Assembly: GCA_038087875.1 (NCBI GenBank)
Contig: CM075993.1
Span: forward strand, 11,162,001 to 11,226,000
Length of the DNA: 64,000 nucleotides
Direction of reading: 5' to 3'
From: Malacoraja senta
Lineage: Eukaryota
Under the pieces are notes generated by a model. That model did no database searches. It was not told where the DNA came from and saw nothing but the letters and a program-made list of their open reading frames with translations. Numbering within the stretch: position 1 is the first letter of the stretch; each line of letters begins with the position of its first letter. Positions 11,990 to 25,687 of this stretch are shown here, in pieces. Made by a program: the position numbers and the translations under genes.

Positions 11990-12580
11990 CAGGCTAGAAT
12001 ATAAAAACAGGGATGTAATGCTGAGGCTTTATGAGGCACTGGTCAGACTGCTTTTGGAGTATTGTGAGCAGTTTTGGGGCTGCAAATCTGACGAAGGATG
12101 TGCTGGCTCTGGAGAGGGTCCAGAGGAGGTTTACGAGAACGATCCCAGGAATGAGTGAGTGGGTTAATATATGTTAAGCATTTGACGGCACTGGGCCTGT
12201 ACTCACTGGAGTTTAGAAGGATGAGGGGACACCTCATTGAAACTTACCTAATAGTGAAAGGGCTGGATAGAGTGGATGTGGAGAGGATGTTTCCATGAGT
12301 GGGTGAGTCTAGGAACAGAGGCCACAGCCTCAGAATTAAAGGACGTACCTTTAGAAAGGAGATGAGGAAGAATTCCTTTAGTCAGAGGGTGGTGAATCTG
12401 TGGAATTCATTGGAGGCCATCAATGGGTATTTTTAAGGGGGAGATTGACAGATTCTTGATTCGTACGGGTGTCAGGGGTTATGGGCAGGAGAATGGGGTT
12501 GAGAGGGAAAGATAGATCAGCCATGATTGAATGGCGGAGTAGACTTGATGGGCTAAGCTCCTGGAACATATGAACTTATG
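11990..12580 (+). mobile_element. CR1 LINE 3' fragment (older subfamily)
   Basis: Degenerate LERVQRRFTR...LGLYSLEFRRMRG...FSQRVVNLWNS. Confidence 0.8.
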
Positions 12581-12652
12581 AACAAAAATCTTCTCACTGT
12601 ACCTCGGTACATTTGACAATAAACTGAACTAGAGAGGACAAAGAAACTGTTT

Positions 12653-12892
12653 AAGAAGGAACTGCAGATGCTGGAAAATCGTAAGGTAGACAAAAATGCT
12701 GGAGAAACTCAGCGGGTGCAGCAGCATCTATGGAGCGAAGGAAATAGGCAACGTTTCGGGACGAAACCCTTCCGGGTTTCGGCCCGAAACGTTGCCTATT
12801 TCCTTCAGGATTTCGGCCCAAAACGTTGCCTATTTCCTTCGCTCCATAGATGCTGCTTCACCCGCTGAGTGTCTCCAGCATTTTTGTCTATC
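12653..12892. mobile_element. Fold-back (inverted) Penelope terminal-repeat unit
   Basis: The left arm gacaaaaatgctggagaaactcagcggg...gcaacgtttcggg is the reverse complement of the right arm. Confidence 0.75.
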
Positions 12893-13469
12893 TACAAAGA
12901 AACAGTCAGTCGGGATGGGCCAGAGCATTCAAACAGAAAGTGCTCACCTTCAATTAGAATCGGAGCAGGGAGAAATATTAAAGACAAAATTAAAAAGCTC
13001 AAGGTGAATGTGCATGACGTTCGTAACAAGGTTCGAACAAAGCGAGATCATCTAATAGCCTTGACCGAGACATAGTCACAGTGATGAAGATTGGGGATTA
13101 AGCATTATAGAGCGCCTAACCTTCAGATGAGAGAACAGCGCGGTGGCGTAGCGGTAAAATTGCTGCCTTACAGAGCTCCAGACACCCCGGTTCAATCCCG
13201 TCTACGGGTGCTGTCTGTATGGAGTTTGCACGTTCTCCGCGCTGTATCTCTAAACTAAACTAAATTAAGAAGGGAATTTGAAATGGAGGAATAAACCCTT
13301 GTGGAATCCAAAGGGTAGGAGAAAGGCAGTGGGGTGAAGGTTAGGGGAGAACCAGTTTACGTGTGGTTAAGAGAGGTAGGAGAGAGAGGGGACTTGTTTA
13401 TCGACCGTAACCTGCCATCATAATGCCACGTCTAATTAGAGGAACAAATTAAAAGACCATTCAGAGGGT

Positions 13470-13795
13470 GACACGGTGGCTCAGCGGTAGAGTTGCTGCC
13501 TTACCCGGATTCCATCCTGACCACGGGTGCTGGCTGTACGGAGTTTGTACATTCTCCCCGTGACCTGCGTGGGTTTCTACGGGTGCTCCGGTTTCCTCCC
13601 ACACTCCAAAGACGTGCAGGTTTGTAGGTTAATTGGCTTCAGTAAAGATTGTAAATTGTCCCTAGTGTGTAGGATCGCGCTAGTGTAGGGGGTGATCGCT
13701 GGTCGGCGCGGACTCAGTGGGCTTAAGGGCCTGTTTCCGTGCTGTATCTCCAAACTAAACTAAACTAAACTAAACTAAACTAAAGCAAACTAAAT
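13470..13795 (+). mobile_element. HE1-type V-SINE
   Basis: Head, V-domain and long (ctaaa)n tail. Confidence 0.85.
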
Positions 13796-13945
13796 AATGA
13801 AGCAGTGGATATGGGATTGCAATCTGCCTCTAGACTGTGCAAACTATATTAGAAGGGCAAATTCATGTTTAGTTTAGTTTAGAGATCCAGCGTGGGATCA
13901 GGCCCCACAGCCCACCAAGTCCGCATCGACAATCAACCATTAGAT

Positions 13946-13975
13946 CTGAAGAAGGGTCTCGACCCGAAACGTCAC
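13946..13975 (+). ncRNA. Minimal hammerhead ribozyme-like core (variant A)
   Basis: CTGAAGA-a-gggt(ctcg)accc-GAAA-cg-TC in a solo Penelope terminal-repeat fragment. Confidence 0.6.
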
Positions 13976-14044
13976 CCATTCCTTCTCTCCAGAGATGCTG
14001 CCTGTCCCGCTGAGTTACTCCAGCTCTTTGTATCTATATTAGGA

Positions 14045-14480
14045 TTAACAAGCTCATCAGGAAGTCTGCCTCCGTCCTGGGGGCGGAGTTGGAGTTGGAT
14101 TCATGGGAGGTTGGTCTTGGAGGGGAGGATGCTCCTCAAACTGCGGAGCATCCTGGACAATAACAGCTCACCCGCTCCATGACACACTGGTCAACCTGAG
14201 GAGCACCTTCAGCAACAGACTGGTTCCACCAAGATCAAGATGCAGCACAGAACGCCACAGGAGATCCTTCTTCCCTCTGGCTATCAAACTGTACAACTCC
14301 TCCCCCTTCTGTCGTGGGGTCGACTGACACTCCTCGCCCCCCCCTCCCCAATCTTTGCACATCCCCAATCCTTTCAACTCGTCACTTTAATTTCATGTTT
14401 CATGTATTTTGTGTTTTTATGACTGTTGGTAGACTGTTTCCCTCCTGGGATAAAATTCTATCGTCTCATCTCGTATTGTA
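14045..14480 (+). mobile_element. Rex1/Babar LINE 3' fragment (second family)
   Basis: Encodes HPLHDTLVNLRSTFSNRL...CSTERHRRSFFPLAIKLYNSS; other copies at ~52835-53200 (-) and ~63285-63505 (-). Confidence 0.75.
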
Positions 14481-14764
14481 TTGTAATCACCAGTTCATAC
14501 TAGTTCTGTGTTATTCCACGTTCACATCCACTCCCTGCACACTAGGGGCAATTGTACCGAGTCCAATTGACAATAGAAACATAGAAAATAGGTGCAGGAG
14601 TAGGCCATTCGGCCCTTCGAGCCTGCACCGCCATTCAATATGATCATGGCTGATCATCCAACTCAGTCTCCTGTACCTGCCTTCTCTCCATACCCCCTGA
14701 TCCCTTTAGCCACAAGGGCCACATCTAACTCCCTCTTAAATATAGCTATACATTATATACACAA

Positions 14765-15255
14765 TAGAAAATAGACAAAAAACATTAGGTGCAGGAGGAG
14801 GCCATTTGGCCCTTCGAGCCAGCACCGCCATTCAATGTGATCATGGCTGATCATCCCCAATCAGTACCCCGTTCCTGCCTTCTCCCCATATCCCCTGACT
14901 CCGCTATCTTTAAGAGCCCTATCTAGCTCTCTCTTGAAAGCATCCAGAGAACCCACCTCCACCGCCCTCTGAGGCAGAGAATTCCACAGGCTCACCACTC
15001 TCTGTGAGAAAAAGTGTTTCCTCGTCTCCGTTCTAAATGGCTTACTCCATATTCTTAAACTGTGGCCCCTGGTTCTGGACTCCCCCAACATCGGGAACAT
15101 GTTTCCTGCCTCTAGCATGTCCAAGCCCTTAACAATCTTATATGTTTCAATGAGATACCCTCTCATCCTTCTAAACTCCAGAGTGTACAAGCCCAGCTGC
15201 TTTATTCTCTCAGCATATGACAGTCCCGCCATCCCGGGAATTAACCTTGTAACCT
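14765..15255 (-). mobile_element. CR1 LINE 3' fragment
   Basis: ORF 14861-15232 MAGLSYAERIKQLGLYTLEFRRMRG...WNSLPQ. Confidence 0.9.
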
Positions 15256-15884
15256 ACAAACTCCAGAGATGCTGCCTGGCCCCTTGCTTTACTCCAGTAC
15301 TTCTGTAAACCAGCATCTGCAGTTCCTTGTTTCTATTTTCTAACCTACAAACCCACATCTCTTTGAGATCTGAGAGGAAACCGGAACCCCCGGAGAAAAC
15401 CTCGTGGTCACAGAGAGAACGTGCAAACTCCACACTGACAGCAATCGAGGTCAGGATCGAAACCAGGCCTCTGGCCTTGTGAGGCAGCAGTTCTACCAGC
15501 TGCGCCACCATATAGTTCAGGTACCAACAAAGAATAGTGTATTTTAGACTTGGTATTACCTAAAAAGAAAGGATTAGATAGTGTTGAAGAAGACAGGGGC
15601 CTTTGGAGAAGAATGATCAAAATGTCCTAAAATGTTACAGCAAGATTGAAACTGATTTAGTTCCATCTGAAATTAGGTTTTGAATAAAACAAATTAGATA
15701 GTGCCGACTGTGGAAAATTACAATTCAAGGTCTGATGGTTAATAGAATCATTGTTTGTTCTTTACATGTTACATACAATATTTAAGACAAAAAAATAGAA
15801 AATGTTGTCCAGGCATAGCTAACAAATAACAGGGTACAATAGGTATGAGGTGCATTGTATCAACAAAAAGCAGTATGCTTGGAG

Positions 15885-18520
15885 ATTTTACCAGGATGTT
15901 GCCAGACTCGAGCGTCTGAGCAACAGGGAGAGGTTGAGCAGGCTAGGACTCTATTCCTTGAGCAGGCTAGGACTCTATTCCTTGGAGCGCAGGAGGATGA
16001 GGGGTGATTTTTATGGAGATGTATAAAAATCATGAGCGGAATAAAATAATGAGAGTAATAGATCGGGTAGATGCACAGAGTCTCTTGCCCAGAGTAGAGG
16101 AATCGAGGAACAGAGGATATAGGGTTAAGGTGAAGGGGAAAAGATAAGAATCTGAGGGGTAACTTTTTCACACAAAGGGTGGTGTGTGCATGGAAGGTGT
16201 TGCCAGAGGAAGTAGTTGTGTCAGGGACTATCACAACGTTTATAGTGTAGCTGGGACATGTTGGCCAGTGTGGGCAAGTTTGGCCGAAGGGCCTGTTTCC
16301 ACGCTGGATGCCTCCATGACTCTATTGAGAAAAGTCCATAATTCAGCAAGAGGATGAAGGCATTGATAGGAAGGGGAGAGCAGAACACCAAGGTCGGCTA
16401 GTGAAGGGCATGAGAACAACGTGTATGAACAACTATGGATTTGTAAGAAGGAAAAGATGAGCAAAAGTCAATCTGGGTCCCTCACTGACTGAGACAGGAG
16501 GAAGTATAGGAATAAGGAAATAACAGCGAAGTTAAACACATATAATGTGTCTTCAACGTAGACATGGAAACCTTGCTGGAACTAGGGGAGAACTGCAGGC
16601 CTGGACAAAGTGATGTACGCAAAGAAATGACAGAAATTACAGGGCGGCACGGTGGCGCAGCGGTAGAGTTGCTGCCTTACAGCGCCAGAGATCCAGGTTC
16701 GATCATGACTTCAGGTGCTGTATGCACGGAGTTTGTACTTAAACATACCAATCTATAAAACCATTTACTATATGGTGGCGCAACGGCAGAGCTGTTGCAC
16801 CACAGACTCAGATACCCCGGGTTAGACCCTGACCTCGGGTGCTATCTGTGCAGCGTTTGCATGTTCTCCCTGTGACCGCGTGGGTTTTCTCCAGGTGCTC
16901 TGGTTTCCTGCCACACTCCAAAGACGTACAGGTTTGTAAGTTAATTGGCTTTTGTGCCTCATGTGTAGGATAGTGCTAATGTGCTATTGTCCCTAGTGTG
17001 TGTTGGATGGTGTTAGTGTGCGGGGATCGTTGGTCGGCGCGGATTCGGTGGGCCCATAAAGTCTACTCCGCCATTCAATCATGGCTGATCTATCTTCCCC
17101 TCTCAACCCCATTCTCCTGCCTTCTCCCCATAACCTCTGACGCCCGTACTATTCAAGAATCTATCTATCTCTGCCTTAAATATATCCACTGACGGCCTCC
17201 ACAGTCTTCTGTGGTAAATAATTCCACAGATTCACCACCCTCTGACTAAAGAAATTCCTCCTCATCTCCTTCCTAAAAGTCCTTAAATTCTGAGGCTTTG
17301 ACCGCCATTCCTAGACTCTCCCACTAGTGGAAACATCCTCTCCACATCCACTCTATCCAAGCCTTTCACTACTCTGTAAGTTTCAATGAGGTCGTCCCTC
17401 ATTCTTCTAAACTCCAGCGAGTACAGGCCCAGTGCTGACCAACGCTCAAATTGCTTCGTATCTGTCTTCATCACCACCTCCAGGGACCCACCACCCTCTG
17501 TGCAAAAAATCTTGCCCCGCACATCCCCTTTAAACTCTGCCCCTCTCACCTTAAAGTGGGAGACACAGGGATATGGAAAGGTGAGGTGTGAAAAGGAGAG
17601 GAAAGAGTATTTTCCTTCAGGAATGAAAGAGTGTACCGATATGAGTGATGAGGTGTTTGACCAAGAGATGACTGTCAATATTCTAATGCTAAAGAATCAG
17701 GAACTGCATCTATATTTCCAGAGACAGAAGTGCATGAACCTGAGGGATCAAATATTTGTGCTAAGTCTAGAGGGATCATGTTTACTTTAGTTACAGCGCC
17801 GAAACAGGCCGTTCAGCCCACCGGGTCTGTGCCGACCGACGATCCCCGCACACTAACACCATCCTACACACACTAGGGACAATTTACAATTATACCAAGC
17901 CAAATAACCTACAAACCTGTACGCCTTTAGAGTGTGGGAGGAAACCGGAGCACCCGGAGAAAACCCAGACGGTCACGGGGAGAAAGTATAAACTCCGTAC
18001 AGACAGCACCCGTGGTCAGGATTGAAGCCGAGTCTCTGGAGCTATTAGGCAGCAACTCTCTCGTTGTGCCACTAGGACTCTTGGGCCTGAGCTACAGGGA
18101 GAGGTTGGGCAGTCTGGGACTCAATTCCTTGGAGCGCAGGAGGATGAGGGGTGATCTTATAGAGGTGTATAAAATCATGAGAGGAATATATCGGGTAGGT
18201 GCACAGAGTCTCTTGCCTAGAGTAATGAAATCGAGAACCAGAGAACATAGGTTTAAGGTGAGGGGCGAAAGATATAATAGGATTCTGAGGGGTAACATTT
18301 TTTACACAAAGGGTGGTGGGTGTATAGAACGAGCTGCCGAAGGAGGGAGTTGAGGCTGGGACTATCCCAGCGTTTAAGAAACATTTAGACAGGAACATGA
18401 CAGGACAGGTTTAGAGGGGTTTGGGCCTAACACAGGCAGGTGGCATTAGTGTAGGTGGGGCATGTTGGTCGGTGTGAGTAAGTTGGGCCGAAGGGCCTGT
18501 TTCCACGCTGTATGACTCTG
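15885..18520. mobile_element. Mosaic of CR1 fragments (+ 15885-16325, - 17060-17450, + 18075-18520) and HE1 SINEs (+ 16642-17055, - 17785-18070)
   Basis: CR1 C-terminal motifs (LERRRMRGDLIEVYKIMRG) and HE1 head/body motifs. Confidence 0.75.
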
Positions 18521-18757
18521 TGAATCTGGGCTTGGGGTTACTAGATCACTAGCCAAATCCCGATGGATTAGGAACCAACATCTTAATTTCAAGTGATGTT
18601 GGGCCGTTTCCTCAACACTGTGGGATTGGTTGTCAATGGTCAATTCTGAGGACATAAATTTCCAAATCTAAAGAGATTGGAACCAAAGTTCACAAACTGA
18701 GCTCAGGGATAATCTCCCAAACCGCGGATCATTTTCCCAATCTATTAGGGGGCAGGA

Positions 18758-19608
18758 GCCGGTATCCGTATCCAGAGAATCCACCTCCAACGGGATCCCA
18801 CCACCAGCCACATTTTCCCACCTCCACCCGCATTTCCGCCTTCCGCAGAGATCATTCCCTCAACAACTCCCTGGTTAACTCAACCCTTCCCACCCAAACC
18901 ACCCCCTCCTCAGCTACCTTCCCCTGCAACCGCAGAAGATGCAACACCTGTCGCTATACCTCCTCCCTCGACTCTGTCCAAGGGCCCCAACAGTCCTTTC
19001 AGGTTAGGCAGAGGTTCACTTGCTCCTCCTCCAACCTCATCTACTGTATCCATTGTTCAAGATGTGGACTCTTATACATCGGCGAGACCAAACGCAGACT
19101 GGGCGATCGTTTAGCGGAACACCTTCGCTCAGCCCGCCTGAACCAACCTGATCTCCCGGTTGCTGGACACATTAATTCTCCTTCCCATTCCTACACAGAC
19201 CTTTCTGTCCTCAGTCTCCTCCATTGTCAGAGTGAGGCTAAACGCAAATTGGAGGAACAGCATCTCATATTTCGCTTGGGCAGCTTACAGCCCAGTGGTA
19301 TGAATATTGACTTCTCTCACTTCAGGTAGCCCCGGCATTCCTCTCTCTCTATCCCTCCCCCACCCAAGTCGCACCAGCTTCTCGTTTTCACCCTACAAAC
19401 AGCTTACAATGGACTGTTTCCTGTATCATCGTTACTTTTTTGCATATCTTTCATTCATTGTTCTTTATCTCTCCACATCACCGTCTATATCTCTTGTTTC
19501 CCTTATCCCTAACCAGTCTGGAGAAGGGTCTCGACCCGAAACGTCACCCATTCCCTCTCTCCAGAGATGCTGCCTGTCCCGCTGAGTTACTCCAGCTTTT
19601 TGTGTCTG
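18758..19608 (+). mobile_element. Penelope-like element 3' part
   Basis: Encodes QRDPTTSHIFP...AFRRD, CNRRRCNTC and the GIY-YIG motif NLIYCIHCSRCGLLYIGETKRRLGDR; the terminal repeat has a mutated hammerhead core at ~19518. Confidence 0.9.
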
Positions 19609-20644
19609 TCTCCAGAGGGATCCCCTTCCACTGTCTCAGTGCCGAGCTCTCAGTGCTGGATTCCCAGTCACAGTGACGGAGTCCCAGAGGGTCCCGTGGC
19701 TGTTTTCAAATCCCAAGGGGTTGAGGTGACTGTCTAAATCCCCAAGGATCACGGGACTGGTTCCCAACATTGCATATTGGTATATTAGAAGCAAGAGGGT
19801 AACTAAGGAAAGAGTATGTGTAGGAAGGAACTGCAGATGCTGGTTTGCAATGAAGATAGACACAAAATGCTGGAGTAACTCAGCAGGACAGGCAGCATCT
19901 CTGGAGAGAAGGAATGGGTGATGTTTCGGGCCAAGACCCTTCTTCAGACTGAGAGTCAGGGGAGAGGGAGACTTGGAGATATGGAAGTTAGGTGTGAAAA
20001 CAAGAGATAAAACATGGTCGTAGCGCTGGAGAGCGGGAGGAATCACAGAGGGGGTGCTTCAATCTTCAAGTCCTCAATGCCTACTTTGAAGAAGCTCTCC
20101 TCCTCTCTCCGACGAGAGCTCTGCAACATTCTCTCCCCGCGGCTCCCCCTCTGTGATTCCCAAGAGCAGGAATCACTGCCCCAGTCACAAAGGAATATTG
20201 TACAGGAAAGAACTGCAGATGCTGGTTTACACCAAAGAGAGACACAAAGTGCTGGAGTAACTCAGCAGGTCAGGCATCATCTCTGGAGAAAAGGGACGGG
20301 TGACGTTTTGGGTCGCAACCCTTCTTCAGCTATATTTATAATTTTTTTTATAATCAACTTTTTAATTTAATTAATTATTTAATATTTGTTACTTATTTCA
20401 TTATTTTCATGTGTATCGAGGTTCAGTGAAAACTTTTTTCGTTGCGTGCTATCCAGTCAGTGAAAGGACCATAGCATACATGATTACAATCAAGCTGTCC
20501 ACAATCCACAGGATAAAGGGAATAACGTTTAATTCAAGATAAAGTCCACTAAAGTCAATAGACAACAGACAATATGTGCAGGAGTAGGCCATTTGGCCCT
20601 TCAAGCCAGCACCGCCATTCAATGTGATCATGGCTGATCATACA

Positions 20645-21507
20645 ATGATACAATTTATTTGTTGTCATTTAAACCTAAGTTCAAACGAAATTTGGTTTCT
20701 GCAGTCATACAAACAAGTAAAAAGAACCAAGACACAACACAATTTACACACAAACATCCATCACAGTGAATCTCCTCCTCACTGTGATGGAAGGCAAAGT
20801 CTTGTCTCTCCCCTGCACTCCCCATTCTCCTCCCGATGTCAAAGTCAAAGTCAAAGCCCCCGGCGGGCGATGGTAAATAAGTCCCGCGGCCATTAAAGCT
20901 GCACTGGGCGATGCAAGGCCACGCTCCGGGTCTTGATGTTGGAGGCCCCGGCGGACGCTAGCAAGTCCCGCGGCCATTTAAAGCCGCGCCGGGCGATGTA
21001 AGACCCCGCTCCAGGTCATCTTCAACCCCGCAACTTGGGCGGGAGAAGTTGCCGTTGCGGGAGCCCCGAAAAGCGGTGTCCCACCAGGGACCCGCGAGCT
21101 CCCGGTGTTACTGTCCACCGGGCTGGCGGCTGGAGCCTCCGAATCTCCGGGGTCGGGCCGCAGCAGCGCGCCACCACAGCTCCTCCACGCTCCGAACTCG
21201 GCCAGCTCCGCGATGGTGAGCAAGTCCGCCTGCTCCGCGACTGGAGCCCCAGGTCGTTCCGTTGGAGGCCGCTCCACCGTGCTAGGCCCCAACGACAACG
21301 GAGACCCGGCAGAGAAAGGTCGAGTCTCCCGTGCAGGGAAAATATTTTTTAAGTTCCCCCCACCCCCCCACCGCCTCCCCCCACACCGCCCCCCCCCCAC
21401 ACCGCCCCCCCCCCCACACATACCCAGTTAAAAAAACAACACTATAAACGAAACTCAAACGAAACAAAAAAATAAAAAAGACAGACAGACTGCAGAGGCC
21501 GCTGCGA
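20645..21507 (-). mobile_element. GC/CpG-rich non-autonomous retroelement with Rex1/Babar-like tail
   Basis: Minus-strand tail ...tgtatgactgcagaaaccaaatttcg...tgacaacaaataaa; internal direct repeat aagtcccgcggccatt(t)aaagc; a related element lies at 29303-30125. Confidence 0.55.
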
Positions 21508-21514
21508 CATGGGT

Positions 21515-22098
21515 TATCCCCAATCAGTACCCCGTTCCTGCCTTCTCCCCATATCCCCTGACTCCGCTATTTTCAGAGCCCTATCAATCTCTGTCTTGAA
21601 AGCATCCAGAGAACCTGCCTTCACCGCCCTCTGAGGCAGAGAATTCCACAGACTCACCACTCTCTGTGAGAAAAAGTGTTTCCTTGTCTCCGTTCTAAAT
21701 GGCTTACTCCTTATTCTTAAACTGTGGCCCCTGGTTCTGGACTCCTCCAACATCGGGAACATGTTTCCTGCCTCTAGTGTGTCCAAGCCCTTAACAATCT
21801 TATATGTTTCAATGAGATATCCTCTCATCCTTCTAAACTCCAGAGTGTACAAGCCCAGCCGCTCCATTCTCTCAGCATATGACAGTCCTGCCATCCCGGA
21901 ATTAACCTTGTAAACTTACGCTGCACTCCCTCAATAGCAAGAATGTCCTTCCTTAAATTAGAGGACCAAAACTGCACACAATACTCCAGATGTGGTCTCA
22001 CTAGGGCCCTGTACATCTGCAGAAGGATCTCTTTGCTCCTATATTCGATTCCCCTTGTTATAAAGGACATGCCATTCGCTTTCTTCACTGCCTGCTGT
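21515..22098 (-). mobile_element. CR1 LINE 3' fragment
   Basis: QQAVKKANGM...YRALVRPHLEYCVQFWS...LGLYTLEFRRMRG across frameshifted ORFs. Confidence 0.9.
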
Positions 22099-22339
22099 CT
22101 AATTAAAGATAGTCCGAGGGTCTCCAGTGAGGTAGAAGGGAGGTCAGGACCGCTCTGTATTTGGTGATAGGATGGTTCAGTGGCCAGATAACAGCTGGGA
22201 GGAAACTCCCTGAATCTGGAGGTGTGTGTTTTCACATTTCTGTATATACTGAACTTTTTAACTTTTTATGATATTGTTTACAGAGTACTATGTTTACATA
22301 TATGGCTGAGCCGTTGCAAGCAGGGCTTTCATTCTTCTG

Positions 22340-22808
22340 TCTGGGGCATAATGAACGAATGGATCGACTGGGCTTATATTCACTGGAATGTAGAAGGATG
22401 AGAGGTTTTCTTATAGAAACATATAAAATTCTTAAGGGATTGGACAGGCTAGGTACAGGAAATTTTTCCCCCGATGTTGGGGGAGTCCAGATCCAGGAGT
22501 CACAGTTTAAGGATAAGGGGTAGGCCATTTAGGACTGAGATGAGGAAAAACGTTTTCACCCAGAAAGTTGTGAATCTGTGGAATTCTCTGCCACAGAAGG
22601 CAGTGGAGGTCAATTCACTAGATGTTTTCAAGAGAGAGTTTTTTAGATATAGTTCTTAGGGCTAACGGAATCAAGGGATATGCGGAGAAAGCAGGAATGG
22701 GTACTGATTTTTGGATGATCAGCCATAATCATATTGAATGGCGGTGCTGGCTTGAAGGGCCAAACAGCCTAGTCCTGCACCTATTTTCTATATTTCTGTT
22801 TCTATATG
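22340..22808 (+). mobile_element. CR1 LINE 3' fragment
   Basis: ERMDRLGLYSLECRRMRG...FTQKVVNLWNSLPQ. Confidence 0.85.
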
Positions 22809-23429
22809 ATGATAAAACAATCTTGAGTCACGTCTCAGGTCGAGACCCTTATTTACACTGAAGGTGGAGGGGAGGGAGTCATAGGAGCAGAATTAGGCCA
22901 TTTGGGCCCATCAAGCCTACTCCGCCATTCAATCATGGCTGATCTATCTCTCCCCTCCTAACCCCATTCTCCTGCCATTGCCATGAAAATCCCTCCTTTA
23001 TCAAACACACAAAACAGATTGGATATTGCAATATATCATATGGAATACTTTAGTTTACGGGGGGCACAATGTATCATATGGAACACTTTAGTTACGGGGG
23101 GCACAAGTGGGAGATATTGCTATGCACGATCAGTTACCACTGACAGCTGGAATCTTAAATAAAATCTAAAGTGCTGGAGGAACTTAGCGGGAATGGACAA
23201 GAGATGGTTCGGGTTGAGTATCTGAAGAAAGATCCCGACCTGAAATGGTATTTGTCCATCTCCTCCACAGATGCTGCCTGGCCCACAGAATTACTCCAGC
23301 ACGCTGAGTTTTGCTACAAACAACGTCGGTGAGAACACTGGATGCCGATTGCGTATGTGATGAATAAATCTGAATGCCACAGGAGCAGACAACATCCCAG
23401 CTGTGCAGCTATGCTCCAGACCCTGCTAG

Positions 23430-23675
23430 GACAGCACGGTGGCGCAGCGGTAGAGTTGCTGCCTTACAGCGCCAGAGACCCGGGTTCAAATCCTGACAGT
23501 GGGTGCTGCCTGTGCGGAGTTTGTACGCTCTCCCTTTTCTCCGGGTGCTCCGGTTTCCTTCCACACTCCAAAGACGTACGGGTTTGTAGATTAATTGGCC
23601 TCTGTAAATTGTCCCTAGTGTGTAGGATAGAACTGGTGTATGAATGATCGCTGGACAGAGTGAACTCAGTGGGTC
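23430..23675 (+). mobile_element. HE1-type V-SINE
   Basis: Head cacggtggcgcagcggtagagttgctgccttacagcgccagagacccgggttc and V-domain. Confidence 0.85.
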
Positions 23676-23995
<320 letters not shown>

Positions 23996-24326
23996 TGCTC
24001 CGGAACTGTCCCATCAGTCCCATTCTCCCACTGATTTCCCTCAGTTATTTTCTCTCTCACTTCAACAGTTGCACTTTGGAAAGTATTCAGACCACATTCA
24101 TCTCAGGCTGGTGTGGCAACTGCTTTGCTCTTGACCGCCTGACCTTGCAGGGAGTGGTGAACCCGGCCCAGACCATCACAGGGTGTGATGGTCACTTACT
24201 CCCATCCACTGTATCTTCATGCCGCAGTGATTCAAGAAGGCTGGAGGTCTCGTCAAGGATGCCTGGCCCTGGCCATCCCTCCTCTCTCTTCTTGGAGAAG
24301 AGACAAGTTTGAAAGCTTGGAAGTAC

Positions 24327-24700
24327 TGCAACTGCAACTGCAACAGCAACTATATTTATATAGCACATTTCATACATGAGGCAGACTCAAAGTGCTTCAC
24401 ATAAAAACATGTCATACAATAAAATGAAATAATAAAATTAAATAAAATAGAAGAATTAAAAGAAAATAAAAGCAAAGTTAAAAATGCATGAGAGAAAAGT
24501 GCAAAAGTTAAAAGTGCAATGTAGTTAAGATTTAGCTGAAAGCTAAAGTAAACAGAAACGTTTTCAGTCTTGTATTAAAAAGTGGTGAATGTAGGGGCAA
24601 GTCTTAAATCTTCAGGAAGTTTATTCCAGCTATTTGTTGCATAGTAACTAAATCCTGCTTTCCCATGTTTTGTATTTACTCTGGGAATCACTAACAGATT
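24327..24700 (-). mobile_element. L2-clade LINE 3' end
   Basis: Reverse of an L2-type tail (gaagcactttgag...aatgtgctatataaata) preceded by GKAGFSYYATNSWNKLPEDLR-like codons; (gttgca)n tail. Confidence 0.7.
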
Positions 24701-25139
24701 TACAGACTTAAGAACAACTTGTTTCCCACTGCCATCAGAACCCCTAAAGATTCTTGATTAGCATGGATGTCAGGGGTTATGGGGAGAAGGCAGGAGAATG
24801 GGGTTAGGAAGATAGATTCAAGATTCAAGAGTGTTTAGACAATAGACAATAGACAATAGGTGCAGGAGTAGGCCATTCGGCCCTTCGGGCTGATCATCCC
24901 CCATTCAGTGCCCCGTTCCTGCCTTTTCCCCATATCCCCTGACTCCACTATTTTTAAGAGCCTTATCTAGCTCTCTCTTGACAGCATCCAGAGAACCTGC
25001 CTCCACCGCCCTCTGATGCAGAGAATTCCACAGACTCACCATTCTCTGTGAGAAAAAGTGTTTCCTCGTCTCCGTTCTAAATGGCTTACTCCTTATTCTT
25101 AAACTGTAGCCCCTGGTTCTGGACTCCCCCATTGTCATG

Positions 25140-25687
25140 TTTCTTGTCGTGTGTCCCAGATAGGACAATGAAATTCTTGCTTGCTTCAGCACAACAGAAT
25201 ATTGTAGGCATAAATAAAGACAGAACAGATCAGTGTGACCATATACTATTGAATATATATATATACACACATCAATAAGCAGATAAAGTGCAATGGGTTA
25301 TTAAAGTTCTGAGTTTTGTTTGAAGTTGAGTTTAATAGCCTGATGGCTGTGGGGAAGTAGCTATTCCTGCACCTGGATGTTGCAGATTTCAGGCTCCTGT
25401 ACCTTCTACCTGAAGGTAGCAGGGAGATGAGTGTGTGGCCAGGATGGTGTGGGTCCTTGATGATACTGCCAGCCTTTTTGAGGCAGCGACTGCGATAGAT
25501 CCCCTCGATGGTAGGGAGGTCAGAGCCGATGATGGACTGGGAAGTGTTTACTACTTTTTGCAGTCTTTTCCGCTCCTGGGCGCTCAAGTTGCGAACCAAG
25601 CCACGATGCAACCGATCAGCATGCTCTCTACTGTGCACCTGTAGAAGTTCGAGAGAGACCTCCTTGACAAACCGACTCTCCGTAATC
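25140..25687 (-). mobile_element. Rex1/Babar LINE 3' fragment
   Basis: ERKRLQKVVNTSQSIIGSDLPTIEGIYRSRCLKKAGSIIKDPHHPGH; same family as 6075-6990. Confidence 0.85.

Noticed and set aside
12980..17790. One full-length old CR1 underlying this interval
   Set aside because: Endonuclease-like remnants (e.g. HLIALTET near 13050) exist but are too decayed and fragmented to establish collinearity.
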